Below, piece by piece: positions 12,414 through 28,150 of a stretch of DNA of 64,000 nucleotides; positions within the stretch are counted from its first letter, which is position 1; every line of letters begins with the position of its first letter. Where the stretch lies: the NCBI RefSeq assembly GCF_009914755.1, contig NC_060928.1. The stretch is one strand, 5' to 3'. Origin of the DNA: the human T2T-CHM13v2.0 reference genome, Homo sapiens. The notes below the pieces were generated by a model, which saw only the letters and a list, made by a program, of their open reading frames with translations, was not told where the DNA came from and ran no database searches. Both the position numbers and the translations under genes were made by a program.

Positions 12414-14261
12414 GTGAGTAGTGGGAGAAGCTTTATATCTCACAGAGACTGTTTTTTTTTTCCCTCCAAAAAATGTAAGCAAGATGAGTAAAGCCAATTC
12501 TGGCACAATAAAAGCTGTTAGAACTTAGCCTTTTTTGGCATAGATGGTGAAATAGACTAATTCAAGGGGATCAAAAATTTTGTCTAAAAAAATTACATGG
12601 CAAGAAAATACCATGTAGCCGAACTCTTCTGGTAGTGTATAATTTAGCTTACTTTTAAATTAATGATGTTCTTATATGTATTATTTTAACTTTTGTGTTA
12701 TGTGTGAGTGCGTGTTTGCCCCTACACATTTTCAACACTGTCAAGGTTAAAATCAAGTGTTGTGGTTGTATAAAGGTCTTGTGGTTAAATTTTTTATAGT
12801 TTTTGATGTTGTGAATTCTTTTACTATTAATGTATCAACTATACACTTCTAAATTCATAGGTTATAAAGGTCTAGGTTTCTTTCTTGCAAGTATGAGTTT
12901 TAAAAAATGCAAAATGATTCTTTAAAGTATAAATGTAATGATTTAGATGTTAGATCAAATGAATGTTTCAAAAATATAGTTGCTAAGATATTTATTTTTT
13001 ACCAGGAAGGATATAAATTGTTTTGGCATGATAAAGTGTACATTTGGAGAAGTGAGGGCAAGTATATTTTAGTAATTCATATCATTTTTGGTAGCTATCT
13101 TAGAAAATTTTTCTGTGACGCACAACAGATAAGTGTAAAAGCACATGGGTGGCACTGCAGATTTTAAACAGTTTTCTTTGGTTTACAGTTTGTTCTCTTA
13201 AAACTATGATGGCTTTCTAATGTTTACATTGCATTCTTATTCATTTTATTCCTGGTGATCATTATTCCATATTGTTTCACCAGAGATAGACCTTTAAACT
13301 CATTGGTGATGATAATAGTTGATAATAGTGTTTAGCTTGAAATATATATACTATATTTTATACCTCAAATATTTAAATATTTGAACTAGCAATATATTTG
13401 AATATTTTAAAGTCAGTAATAGCTAAGGTTACCTTTAACAGTTTTCCTATTAGAGGGTATGGTAAGGATTAGGAGCAGAGAGGTTCTAAATGCTTTCCAG
13501 GTTTTTTCTTTGGGGAAAAAGAATAGCACAAACACGGTGATTTGGTTTCTGGTTTGTCTGACTTCATTGTCACTTCCCTTCTTTACATATATGCATCTAT
13601 AAAATAGTTTTATACACTAGGCTGTCTTGGGAGTGCTTTGCAAAGCTGCAGAGTAATTTTTGGTGTGGAGGCAAGTTGAACATCTACTTTGATTAGCTTC
13701 GGAACTCTGTGAAGCAGAGCATTCATAGAAACTGCTGAATAAAACCATAGCTCCTGGCTTGGAAATCTGCCAAGTTCTAGTTGACTCTGACATTATTGTC
13801 AAAGAGACCACGGTTCAGTTTCTTTTCTAACAATGTGGAGCTGAATTGACACATTAAATATTTTAAAATACAAAGTCATTTTTAATTTTTAATCATTCTA
13901 TCGGCTGAGATTATGCTATTTTATGACAGTGGCTTCAGTTTGATGTTGCATATTTTTAAATCATGGTTACTTGCTTGTCAAGTTAATTTTGTTCTTATAT
14001 TGTTGCTTTTATTAAAAATACTTATAAACAAGTTGTGTTTTAGAGATTTTTCAAAGGTTTTTAATTTATATAAACATTTTGATTGAGTTTCTCTAAATTC
14101 AAAAGCAGAGTAAAACCTAAGGGAAAGGCTAGCTATTGTTTTAAATTTAAAGAGTGTAATTATGATGTCCAAAGAATTTTTATTACTATCATAATTACTA
14201 TTCCTGCTGAGGTTTATAATTCTATGTCAATTACCTGGAAAACAAATGAATATAAATGTTT

Positions 14262-14386
14262 GTGTTGTCTGTTGACTTGTATGTCATATTTACTCTTCTT
14301 ATGATTTTTTTATGTCATAGTCTGGTGTTGTCTGTTGACTTGTATGTCATATTTACTCTTCTTATGTTTTTTTATGTCATAGTCTG
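14262..14386. repeat. 63/62-bp tandem duplication
   Basis: gtgttgtctgttgacttgtatgtcatatttactcttcttatg(a)tttttttatgtcatagtctg twice; one 1-bp indel. Confidence 0.95.
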
Positions 14387-17300
14387 GTATCACATAAAAT
14401 GTTTGAGTGATTGAAGCTTTTATAGGTCTCTTGGCAGGGTTTTTCTGATGTGAAAATGTTGAAAACATGATTATCCATCATAACCCGGGTGATGTGTAAT
14501 GTCGATGTGTGAGTATGGTGAAAAGAGAAACAATGTCAGTGAATAGAAACACTCACAAATATTTTATGAAGCCCTGGTTTCTAGAAAGAGCCAGCACTTA
14601 TATTTAAAATTAGTGTGTCTCTTAACCTACTCATTAGTGTTGACCATGAGTGGCTGAAATTAAAAACTGGCAATATCCCTGGTTTTGGTGGTTATGGTTT
14701 CCATAAAAGATACTGGTTGATTACTGCCACACACAAAGTAATCTTCCCTCTTATGCACTCCTGTCTAGGACTTAATTTGGCAATTATGTGGCATTGTGAC
14801 ATCTCTTTTATTGTTTTCCTATATGTATTTCGGCTTTCCATATGTAGTTGATTTGTCTCACAGTGTTCCACGTGTAGCTGATTTGTCTTACAAGCAAGAT
14901 TGTTATTTTATTGAGGACACTGTCAAGTACTCTGGGTCATTGTGTTATGTAAATGGATTTAATGATTATTTGCTAAATGAATCAATGTACCAAGAGATGA
15001 AAGAAAATAAGAATATTTTAGTCATCCTTGAACAAACTTTCAGTATGTTTCTTAAGCTGAAAACCTTATATTTTTATAGACTCTTTGCTCACCGTGATTA
15101 ATCTAGAAAGGAAGGAAAAGTAAAAGGCAGTAAAATGAAGCAAAAGAAAGAGGAATTGAGGAAGAGGAGAGCCAGGAAGGGGAAAAGATAATAGGGGAGA
15201 AAAGGAAAGGAAGACAAATAGAAACGGGAGATAAAGGAGTAGGGAAAAGGAAGAGAAAACTGAATAATAGTAAGAGTCAGCAGCACATAAAACAACAATT
15301 TATTATTATTGACAATTACTATGTGCAAAGAACCATAGTTGATGCTTTATGTGGATTTCTCCTCCACCCCACTGCAACCAGTGAGTACTGCTACTCTCCA
15401 CGTCTTCTATAAGGAAGTTAGTTAAGTCACTTGCTAAGCCATTTAAGTAGCTGAGCTCGAGTTTGAACCCATTTGTCTATTTTACCCTACATCGTCATCA
15501 AGTCTAGCTCCACTGCTCAGTGACCATACCTGATATTGCTTTGTCATCTGACATTTCACTCCTGCATAGCATGTCCAGAAATTTAGCACCAACATCTTCC
15601 CTTATCTTTTATCTGATTTCTGTCTGTTGAAGGAGAAAGATTCCTGTGTAGGTAACATCACAGTTAATATTAGAAAATCTGTTCTTTCCCTACATATGAT
15701 TTTGCTCTGGTATTTTTTAATAAAAATTGTATTTATATTTTGTTACTTTCCAGAAAAGTTTAGGCATATGTCCCAACTTTTTATTAATTATTTAGTGTAT
15801 ATATATATAATTTTTTTTTCCTAAATTTTTTGCTGCAAAGAGCATAGAAAATGATTTATTTGAAAGTACTTTAGTATAAGGAAAAATGGTTAGGTGATGA
15901 AAATGAAACTCAGGCCTTTAGAGTTGAAAAATTTAGACAGTGAATTGAGTTAAATGATTCAAGGTTTAAGTGTTGAAAATAAAAATTAGCGATTAAACTA
16001 TCTGATGTCACAAAGTTATTTTAAAAATTAATATTGTTTTAAAGCTCTAATCAGAGTTTTATTCCTGTGTGAAATAGACTCTTAAAAAAACTGTGAGTAT
16101 TTAAACTAGTTTTGGTTAAGAAAGAAAATGGGCATTGATTTGCATTATTTGTTATCATAACGGTACAAATAGCTGTAGGATGGGTCATTCCCAAAGTTGT
16201 TGCTAGCCAGTTCAGTACTTTAAAATTTTTCTTCCACTAACCTCTTTACCCTGGACATTTAAAGTGCAAACTTGTGTAATATGAATTTCAATTTCTCTTC
16301 TTGCCCCTGCCTGCCCTCTGGTGTAGAAGGTGAAGAACAGTGATGAGAATCAACATTTGGTTAAGTTTTGTGATACTCAAAGAGTTTAAAAATGAAAAAG
16401 ATAAAGGAAGATAGATTATTAGTAGACCTTGTATGACACAAAATGATTATATGTCACTTTTTAATGAATTTTAAAGTCTCATATCCATTTCTAAGTGCAT
16501 TACATATTGAATTTAATATTACTTGAATTTTCTCTACTGTTCATACAGATTTTTCTCTCTGCATTTAAATGTGGCAGTGGATTTTGATACCCTTTTGACT
16601 ATGACATAAAACAGTCCTTTATATCACAAATTAAAAATTTTTTATTTATGATATTTTTGAACTCATAAGAATATTACTAAAACTAAATACAGTTAAAACA
16701 CACTTTAGGATGTAATGGATTAATTTTGAAGATAAAATTTAATTTTTGTAACATTGTACTCTTGATATGTAATAGTATGAAATTTTTTTTACATTTTACT
16801 TTTGTTCTGCATTTTCTGTTTTTTCTGCAAAAATCACGTATATGAGTATATAATAATATAAAATAATATAGAAATATTTTTAAAATAAGGAACTGATTAA
16901 GTTATATACATTAAAGAAGTTATTTTACAGTGTTTATATGAGGCTTCCAGCTCATTATTGTCCACTGTTTTCAATTAAATACTTTAAAGAAATTATAACT
17001 CTACCTTATTTCCTACTACAAGAGATTCCATAGAAAACATGTACATAGCTAAAAACATGTATATAACTGCAATATATTTTCCAGAAAAGATATTCAGGAT
17101 ATTCAAGAAAAATAACTTCCTTTTTAGTCCTTGTAATTGAATGGAAGTCACAATATTGCATTCTGATAGTTAGGTAATTTCATGAAATTTGATTGATTTG
17201 CCTGAAAAATCTGTAAATCTATTTCTAAAGAAATATTCTTAATATTCTATTTTTGTATTATTCCTTATAAGAATCATAAGGAATATAATTTAGTCGTGAT

Positions 17301-17446
17301 TCAGTAACACACAAACATCCTGTGAAAATAATTCTATTGTTTATTTGCACGCCAAAAATCCAACGATCCTCTGAAAAATGAGAACCAATTTTAGAGTGGC
17401 TTCCAAAAGCCTTACTTTTTATTATCATGATAATTTAGTTAGTAAA

Positions 17447-17907
17447 CTAAACTATATATATAACTATATAATTATATAGAGGCATATATAACTATAGTTA
17501 TATATAACTATGTATAGTTATATATAACTATATATCTATACATAGAATATATAAATATAAATATATTTATATTTATATATAAATATATAGGTATATAAAT
17601 ATATAACTATAGTTATATATATATTTAATTTAAACATATATATTCAATTAAATTTAAATATATATTAAATCAAATTAAATATATGTAACTAAAGTTATAT
17701 AACTTTATTATATATAGTTATATAGTTTAATATATAGTATATGATATAAATTATATATTATATATAGTTTATATAATATAGTTATATACATAACTGTATA
17801 TAGTTATATATTTACATATAGTTATATATATTTACATATAGTTATATATAAAACTATAATTTATATATTAATTTATATATAACTATATAATATATATGTA
17901 ACTATAC
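17447..17907. repeat. ~460-bp AT-rich (TA)n-derived tract with perfect palindromes
   Basis: Recurrent tatataacta/tagttatata units; almost pure A/T. Confidence 0.92.
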
Positions 17908-18222
17908 GTCACAAGCTAAGTGAACCACACATATGTAGTGTCTGGATTTACACTGTTTTAAAGATCAGTTATTAGAGAAAGAGGGAAGAAGAGAGAAGAG
18001 AGGGGAGGGAGGGACAAAGGAATAAAAGAAAAAAATGGCAAAATGGAATGGGCTCTTAACGAGTGACTTATTTGATATAGTATTTATTCCTGAGAAATTT
18101 CCTGAAAGGGTAATTTTTCTCTGTTTTTTTCTTTATATTTTCTGTCAGGTTTATTCATGATTCTGTTTTTAAATATTTATTGAAAGCCTATAATTATTTA
18201 AAATGCATTTGGGAAGAAATAA

Positions 18223-18582
<360 letters not shown>

Positions 18583-19285
18583 TGACTTTCTTTGGTGAAA
18601 AACTTTTTTGTAGATTTTACTCTATTGATTTAGTAAACAGAATGTACTAAATTACATTTAATTTTTTTAATGGTTAGATACCTTCCAGTTGTTTTCAAGG
18701 GTTATCATTTTTTATAAAACTAAAACAAAATCAAGTAAAATGAGGATTTCATTAATAAATATTTATATGAGTCAACTAAATGTATCTTTTATCTCTTTTG
18801 ATGGCTGCCTAGTATATTAGGATACTAATATAATAAAATGTGAGAAAGTACATTCTTATATGTTATTTTAATCAGATATCTGATATTTGGGATATATCTT
18901 CATTATTGCTAATCCACTGGATGTTTGTTAGTCATCTTGATGTTTACATTTATTATGAATACATGTCATTTGTCTTTTCTTCTATTTATTATTTCAGCAT
19001 CATAATTACCAGGCAAATTCATATTTTCATAAAATGATTATTTCTATATATGCATGTAATTACCTTTTTAATGTCATAGCTGATATGTTCTGTCTTGTTT
19101 ATGATCCAGAATGCCTGACTTGTGTCTGTGAGGCTGGATTTTGTACAACTTCAGTATGACTTGATATTAAAGTGATCCTTGTATAAATACCTTTGCATAA
19201 TTATAAAGTTAGATAAAACAGTGCAGTTTCTCATTGGCCCTTTTCTCAAATGTGGAGTACACATGAAGATCTTTTTTTTTGTGGC

Positions 19286-19762
<477 letters not shown>

Positions 19763-20399
19763 ATCAATTATTTTAAAGTTATCAGGTGATTGGAAATATT
19801 GTGACTTGTGCAGATTGTAGATTGTAGAATGTAGATTTACCAACAATTTAAGCACACGTGTAAACATAACACATGAAAACATGGTGAGCCATCAGTGGAT
19901 TTAGTGTTAACTACCAAGCCGTAGTCATTGATCCAGAGGGGAATACCATCATGAAGATTAGCTAGAGAAGTTCCTTCTTGGCTCGATTCTCTTTTGGTGT
20001 CCCATTCCTTCATTGTTCATTGATGTGCTTTATTCCACATCAGGATATGTGACTAATTACTTCCTTATATTGAATGGACAAGGAATTTGTAAATGCATTT
20101 AAATAGCTCCAACTATTATCTGTCCTAATTTGCTACTCCATAGATCCATGCAGATATAGAAACAGGAATGTAGAAAGAGGAATTATGGCCCCTTTGAAAG
20201 TAGATTGTAAAAATTTGATAATATAAAATTCAGTATTCCCTGACAGAGATAATCACATTTTTCTAAAAGATGCAGGATTTTCATGTATTTCATCAGTGCT
20301 TATATGGTGATGTGAATCCTTCTATACATCTCTCTCTGTTTCACGCGCGCACACGCACACACACGCACACACACGTTACAGTAGGTTTGCTTTTACATA

Positions 20400-22350
20400 G
20401 TTGAAAGAGATTTATTTATTATTTTTTAACAAACATCCTCCCAAATTCTCCTTTCCGCGTAGCAACTACACCTATACCTCTTTTCGTTGTTTTGGCATTT
20501 TCATCTGTATCTCTAAATAAATAACTGTACTACTCTTTCTTTATTATTCAATTTTAGGCATTACCTTTGACTTTCCACTATCAAAGATGAGGATTTAGTT
20601 ATTTTTTCTCATCCCTGCTCCTACTACATACGTACATATTCCCATCTCTCGTCTGTATAAGAGTTTAAATATTTGGTTACTTAGTCCCCTGTGTTCTCAT
20701 TACAAATGCGTTTCCAAACTCCCAGTTTAAATTTAAAATACATAAGTCGTTTTATTAATTTCAACATCTTAGAGTTCTCTCTTCCAACATCTTTTGACCT
20801 GCCTTCAATGAGGCCTGCTTGCTCCTGAAGTCCTATGCAATGTCTCATCTTATTATCCACATTTAGCATTATCTTGGAGGTAAGCTTCGTCTTCTCTTGG
20901 GATGGATCTACCATTAGCAGGTACCTATTCCATCTTTTTTCTTGTTTATACCTTCATTTGGAAGGAATATCTCCTCCAATAACTTTCTGAGAAAGATACA
21001 TGGGAGGTAAATTTTTGAGACTCAGAAAATATTAAAATGCTTTTTTTCCCCTGCCCTCACTCTTAATTTGCCCAGGTATTTATTTCTGATTTGGAAAATT
21101 TTTCCCTCAGACTTTTGAAGGCATTGTTCTATTTTATTCTAGTTTCTAGTTTTTCTCAACAAAGTTCAATGCCATACTTATTTTTTATGTCTTTTCTCTT
21201 TCTCTCCCTCACTTTTCCTCTCTATAAAAAAAATTAGGGTGTCTGTTTGTCTACAGTGTTACAAAATTTTACAGTGATGTGGTGTGGATCTATTCACATG
21301 GGCTATATGGGTTCTTTCAAATTAGGAACTCATGAGTTTTCATTATGAAAATTGTGCATGATTATTTGATGATTTTCTTTCCTCTGTTTTCTCAAGTCTC
21401 TCTTTCTAGAGCTAATATTATTCAGATGTTAAATCTGGATTCATGCTCTAAGTTACTTTTCCATCTTTGTATTTTGTACTGTGTTGTAGATTTCCTAATC
21501 TTTATCTTTCAGCTCACCTGCTGGGATTTTCATTTATGCAATTATATTTTTAAAGTTCTTTACTTGTTGTTCTCTTTTTATAGCAACGTGTTCTTGTTTC
21601 ATGATATAATGTATTTTTGTAAGATGAGAGTATTAATAATAATTTTTTAAAGTCTTTACTTTCTTTAATATAATCTACTTCTTCCAAGTAGTGTTTGTTT
21701 TATTCTCAGTCTTTGAGGTTTTTTCAAATACCTATTTACCCTAAATTAGTGGCTCATGTGTATGAGAATGGATCACAGAAGAACTGACTGGAAGCTCTGT
21801 TGTCACCAGTGGGCCTCATGTAGGATAACATTGCAGAGCTGTTTCACTGAGAAACTCACAAGATTACTATCTTTATGCTCTTTATTCTTGACCTGGTCAA
21901 ATTACCCAGTAAAGAAGGCGCGTACCAGGCTGCATTGAGTTCTGGAAGCCATGTGGGGAAGGTGAACTGGAGGAGGCAACATCCAGTGTGAATGTTCACT
22001 GAATGTTTGCAGTAAGATGGTACTCCTGCCCTCTTCTGTGCTTGGTGTCCTACAGTCCTTGGCCTTGATGGTAAAATAGAAAAGTAAAGAAGGCATCTCA
22101 GTGATATGTGTGTTGCTTTTACCCTTCTAATCTCCTGCAGGGGTAGGAAAGAATACTGCTAGCGTGTAGGGAATAGGAAAGGATATCTGAAGTTCTAATT
22201 ACTGTATGTATATTTTCAGCCTCATGCTATTTTAATATCCCCTTCCCCCTTTTAGAAGTACTTTTAGAAGTACCTTTGATACCGTTTCTGGAGCCTTTTT
22301 GGTGTTAAGCAGTAAAGCTTTGCTTCTTAGCTTTCCCCCCACATTTGGCT
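20400..22350 (-). mobile_element. Ancient HAL1/L1M-type LINE remnant (boundaries approximate)
   Basis: tttctgagaaaagatacatgggaggtaaatttttgagac and ttttccctcagacttttgaaggcattg resemble the recalled HAL1 antisense consensus. Confidence 0.55.
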
Positions 22351-25132
22351 TAAAAATCAGCTTTTGTAGCTTTATTATCAATTCAATATATCAGAATTTA
22401 CTCTCTAATTATTAACTCTAATATTTCATTAGATTATTCAAAATTTATACAAGATGTGCATCTAACTTTCTCCTACAGTTTCCTGTAAATTTTGTCCAGA
22501 AAAAAAAATGTTGATTGCAGTGGGCACCTGTGGCATATGAGAAGATTGTCATATGCAGAATCCGACCTTGAGCCACAGCAATTTTGATCCTGTAGACAAG
22601 TGACTGCCTGTCTTTCTGCTTTTCAGGCTTTTATTTTAGTGTCTCCTCCCTTGATCTCATATTGTAGGCTCATTTTCTTAGCCCCTTTTTCTCTTATTAT
22701 AGTGGGATTTAATAACTAGAATACCCTGTAAGTAAAACCAAAAATTATACTATAACATTTTTTCTTGTCAGTAAATATACTTCTGCATCAGCATTTTAAT
22801 GGCTATATAGGAATCCCATTTTACAAATATACCTAATCCTCTAGTGTTGTAAATATGAGTTGTTATAAGCAATATTGTGAAGAACCAAATTTTATACCAC
22901 TTCTTCTAGACAAATTTTATACCACTCTTTAAATAAATTCACAATGTGACAAAATCATGAATTGTCTCTTAAAATGTTTCTTAGAAAATAGCATCTTACT
23001 TCCAATCACATGAGGATATTTTCTTTTCTACTTTAGACCATTTGGTGTCAGTGTTCCATTTAACAGCTTTTCCCACCAGCTGGTAAATTCTGTGTGTGTT
23101 TAATTCATCCTAGTTAAACAGGCTGTGCCTGGAAAATGGGAGGGCACCCAATACATATTTGGTAGTAGACATTTGCATCATAAATGAATTTTTATTATTG
23201 TGTTTTAAAGCATCAAAAATAAAGGGTCTGGTATGAAAGGAAGCAGGAAGTAATAAATTTTAAATACTCTATTTTTATTACTTGGTCTACTGAGGTGACT
23301 CAGGTCATAAAGGCAGTAACATTGAGAACCAGGTTTAGAAAGAAGGAGCTTACCATGACAGGGTGAGATATAGGTACACCTACACACTCTACCCTGGCAT
23401 AGCAAGCGGTGCTGCACTCCCATGTGGACAAACTTGGAACAAATGGCTTTCAAGATAAGGCAGTGACGTGAACTATTTAACCTCACTTTATTTGGGAATT
23501 TAACCTAAGGACGAGCATACTATATAGAAATAATACATGTATTGGGAGTAATTGTGTGGTTGGATTACATATTATTTGCTTAATCTAGGGTTTTTCTAAG
23601 TGGAGTCTACAAGTAATTTGTTTCAGAATTACATGAGATCTTGTTGAATATGCACATTTCCTGGCTCGCCTCTGACCTACAGAATCAAAATCACTGTGGC
23701 TGGGGTGGGATTCTGCATACGACAATCTTCTCATATGCCACAGGTGCCCACTGCAATCAACATTTTTTTTTTCTGGACAAAATTTACAGGAAACTGTTTG
23801 AGAAAGTTAGATGCACATCTTTTATAAATTTGAATAATCTAATGAAATATTATAGTTAATAGAGAGAAAATTCTGATATATTGACAACATATTTTATTGC
23901 TTTTTCTTTCAACTATTTTTTTCTGTAAGAATTTGAATAATTCGTTATACATGCAGAAGGTCAGGAAAAATTATCACAGATTAAAAAAAATAGACTTCTA
24001 ATTCTCTGATGGAACCATTACCTGCAGGCCTTCATTTTTGGTTTAAAAATATAACAAATATGTGGCATATCTTATACTTCTGACCTAAAATTTCAATTTT
24101 TTAACCCAGCAATTTTTTAATATTTTTGTTGATCTTAGATTTCACTATAGATAAGCTAAATGTGTTATGAGAGAGATTTTAAATTGAAAACTGCTCACGG
24201 TGACAATTTATGCAGTTACATGGCATGTATAAGAGCTCTTACCACAACGCCTGAAACAAAATAGGTAATAATTAATGCATGCCCTCTTCTGTGTAACATA
24301 AACATTCTAAGCTCTTGACATGAGGTTTGGTGTCTATAATTATCTCCATTTTAAGGATAAGAACATGAGTCACAAGATTATTTATAAAGTTATCTAAGGA
24401 CAACTAACTTGGTAAATAGTAAAGCCTAATGTTGAACCCAGAATATCTCTTTCTAAGAGATCATGTCTACCATGGTGCCTTCTATCAAAGATGGTAGAAA
24501 TATCACTACAGTAATAGGTAGGCATTTTGCATTTCCCCATGCTGATGGGGAAGATGTATCTTTTGAAATGTGTCTTGATATTAACTAAGTTTTTGTCTTC
24601 TTACCCAATTTTACAGATTAAATATTTCTCATAATTTCTTTAAAAAGAAGTACATAATATACATAATAGTACCTAAAGTAGAGAGACTCTGTGATATGGT
24701 AGATAGACAGTTTTAAAGCTGAAACAATTTGAGTTTAAATGCTGGCTCTATAGTCTATCCATTATCTGTGTGCAGATCTCTTAAACTTTGAGTCTTAATT
24801 TTCTCATCTGAGAAATGAGGATGATAGTGTTTACCCATGGAATTACCAGATATAGTAGAGGTTGTCTATATAATGTCTCATTGAGCTCCTTGCACTGGAT
24901 TAAATATAGCTGTTACAATTTAATACATAAAATATCCTCCTGAAAGGATTATGGGTCTTTCTTTATTCTGTATGAGGTGTATACTAGGTAAAAGACATGA
25001 TTTTAATCAAAATACCAAAATGTCTGTTTTTCTGTTTAAATCTTTAAGTATCTTGAATACTTCATTTTAAAATGTAATCTCATGTTTTCGTTTGAACAGA
25101 AGACTGGGGTAGTCTACCCCACAGATGCCTAA

Positions 25133-25324
<192 letters not shown>

Positions 25325-26779
25325 TAAATGATTTAAAGCTAGCTTTAACAAAAAGTCACACTTTTTCAACTATGCAACTGTAGGCTAGTGTTTCAAAGAA
25401 CACATTTTAGAGAACAATGCCTAACACTATCGTAAACTCTTAGAGCTGTGCTTGTATTAGAGAAATATTGAATTGTGTTTCACCCTGAAACAATGTTCTA
25501 AGCTTCTTTTTGATCCCTCCAGACAGCTCACATACACATGAACACAGACCTCAGATCCCAGGCTCCTGGTAAAGGTGCAAATGCCAATTATTTTCTTTCA
25601 AAAGACCTGGTCCCCACAATTAGTTAAACATCAGAGGCTGTCAAATGCGTGTGATTTTGTTTGTTTGTTTGTTTGTTTCAAGCATTCATCATGCTGATGT
25701 TAGTATTTTGGAAAGAACACCTAAGCTGCTGGGAATATTCATAAACTGACTCTGGGAAGCAGTGCAGTGGTAGAGCTCATGCGATTCCCCAAGTTGCTAA
25801 GAAAGACATTGTCCAAATACTAGAAAATACTCTTTAATAGGTAATCATGTTCTTATAGATACTTTATAACATTTGAAACTGAACTATTTTGCCTTTTTCT
25901 TCCTTAAATGCCTTTATGCAGCTCCATCCATTCCTCTGATCACTATAGCTGCATTTACTCCTTACGGTAAGGTCAACAGTGGATAAAGAGCTATAGCCTA
26001 ATGAGGCCAGTGTGTGCCAAGAGAGAAGTGGGTCAGCTATCTAGAAGAGCACAGCCCTCGAGTTAAAATGTCAGAGAAGCAGAGTGTGCCTTAAGCTTCA
26101 AGAGAGGGCGTGGACTTAAATAGAAAGGTGGACTGCTAGGTTTAGAGCCCAGGTAGAATATCTGAGCAACCATTTGAGGCTTCATTAGCCAGAAGGTACG
26201 CAAAGCTGAGTTGAATGCTTTTTTTTTTTCCTTTCTGAGAGCTTTTTAAAAAAGGTTTTTAAGTTTCCCATGAAGCAAAATCTAATATAAGCTTACCAGG
26301 GTATTCCAAGAACCTTGTATATTTAGCACAAGAAACATGACTGAGTAACACAGGGAGGGAAACCTGGGTGTATTCATAAATATATATCTCATTTAATCAG
26401 CAAAACAACTTATTCTCACCTTTAGACAAATGAAATTTGGGATCCAGAGAGGTCTAGTAACTTGACTCTTGTACTACAAAGTTGTGACCACTGAATTTTT
26501 TTGCCAAGGTAAAACGATTCCAAAGCTCAGTTTTTTCCAGGGAAACACTGCCTCTTTATAGTAAATAGAAAAAGTATCAGGAGAGTTTAAAAATGTTTGA
26601 AAGAAAGCAAAATTAGCAGGAGCAAACAAAGTAGCGTGGGGTATTTTACTATTGTGTCTTAAGTCTGTGGTATTCAGAATACGCCTGTGTGTGTCATTTG
26701 AGCTATTGTCCTGGTGATCAGGATTTTCCAAATATTTTGTCCTGTTTTCCTGATAAGCCATTTGGATGTCCTAAGTTGG

Positions 26780-28150
26780 TTTGATAGAAAGTGTTCAGTC
26801 AGGGTATCTGCAGTGGAAATTCTGTTGTGGGAAGAAGCTTGGCGTGTTCAAAAGAAACTGTTTTTTCTAGAGTACAGGGAGTAGGATCAGGGAGTAGGAA
26901 CAGTAGAGCATAGTGGTAGGAGCTGAGACAGGAGGTATAGTGACTGTGACCTGGTGGGCTATATTAAGAACGTGATCTTATTCCTAAGGGTGTTGGGAAG
27001 CAAGTGAAGGGAGTTTTGCAGCAGGAGTGGTGGTAGGGTTGACATGATCTGATTTGTTTCTTTGCTGCAGAATATTGGATGTATTAGAAGGAGACAGAAG
27101 TGAATTCAAGAACAGTTAGGTCAGGGAAATTGAACAGTGGATTCAGTAAAATCAGTTCATGTGCAAGAAAATGATCTTGAGCTAGGGTGGTGCTGGTGTA
27201 GGAGTGAGTGAGATCTATTTGAGAAATATTTAGAAGATAGAGCTGTATGATGATGGATTAGATATCATCTAGGAGGACAACCAGAGAGGCTTTATAAGTT
27301 TCCAGATGTAGATTTAAATGCATAAGGTAGACTTTTAATGAAAGAGGACAGATGAAAAGAACCAAGTTCCAATCTGGACATGATACATTTGAGGATTTTT
27401 ATGTATCTGAGTAGAGGTATCAGTATGCAGTTGGATATGGATCTGGGGCTCAGAGAAGAGGTTGAGGAGAGAGGTCAAAATGTGCATAGCATTAGTCACT
27501 GTTTGCGGTGAAACAGATAACCTCAGAACCACAGTGGCTTATAATTAAAAACACTTATTTTTCATTCAGGGGTTTGTAAGGAGGCTGTATCCGTGCTGCA
27601 CTCTGCTGGGATTAGGTGGGCTTCACTTCATGCTGCTGTTTGAGTTTAGGCCTGCTGCACATTTCTTCATTTTTTTTTTTTATTTTGGATCAGCAGCTAC
27701 CCAAGGCATATTGTTTCTCACAGGAGTGTAAAGGAGTAATCTTTTAAGGCTTCTGCTCATATTGTGTCCTCTGACATTGAATTTTCCAAATCAAGTGACA
27801 AAATCAAGGTCACAGTCAAGGGGAAGCATTGTCCCTGGTAAAGTATGAAGAATTGGGATTAATAATAGAACAATCTACCAGTGTATGACTTGGCCATGAG
27901 ACATTTAATGCTTGGGTAAAGGGGATGTCTGCAAGATACTAAAGAATTCACAATAAAGCAGTGAGTATGGTGTCACTGAAGCCAGGTTTACTTAGAGAGG
28001 TAGTAAGGTCAGCTATGTTGGATCTATTAGAGAGTAGAATAAGAACTGAAAAATGGCAATCAGATTTATAGACACTGATAACTGCAGTTTAGAGATATTT
28101 AATGTAGTAGAGATGGAAGTCAGATTAAAATGGGTTGTGTTATATGGTTG
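26780..28150. mobile_element. Degraded L2 fragments with a probable MLT1 LTR insert (~27490-27880)
   Basis: L2-like cagttggatatggatctggggctcagagaagagg and ggtgtcactgaagcca; MLT1-like cagtggcttataattaaaaacacttatttt. Confidence 0.5.
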
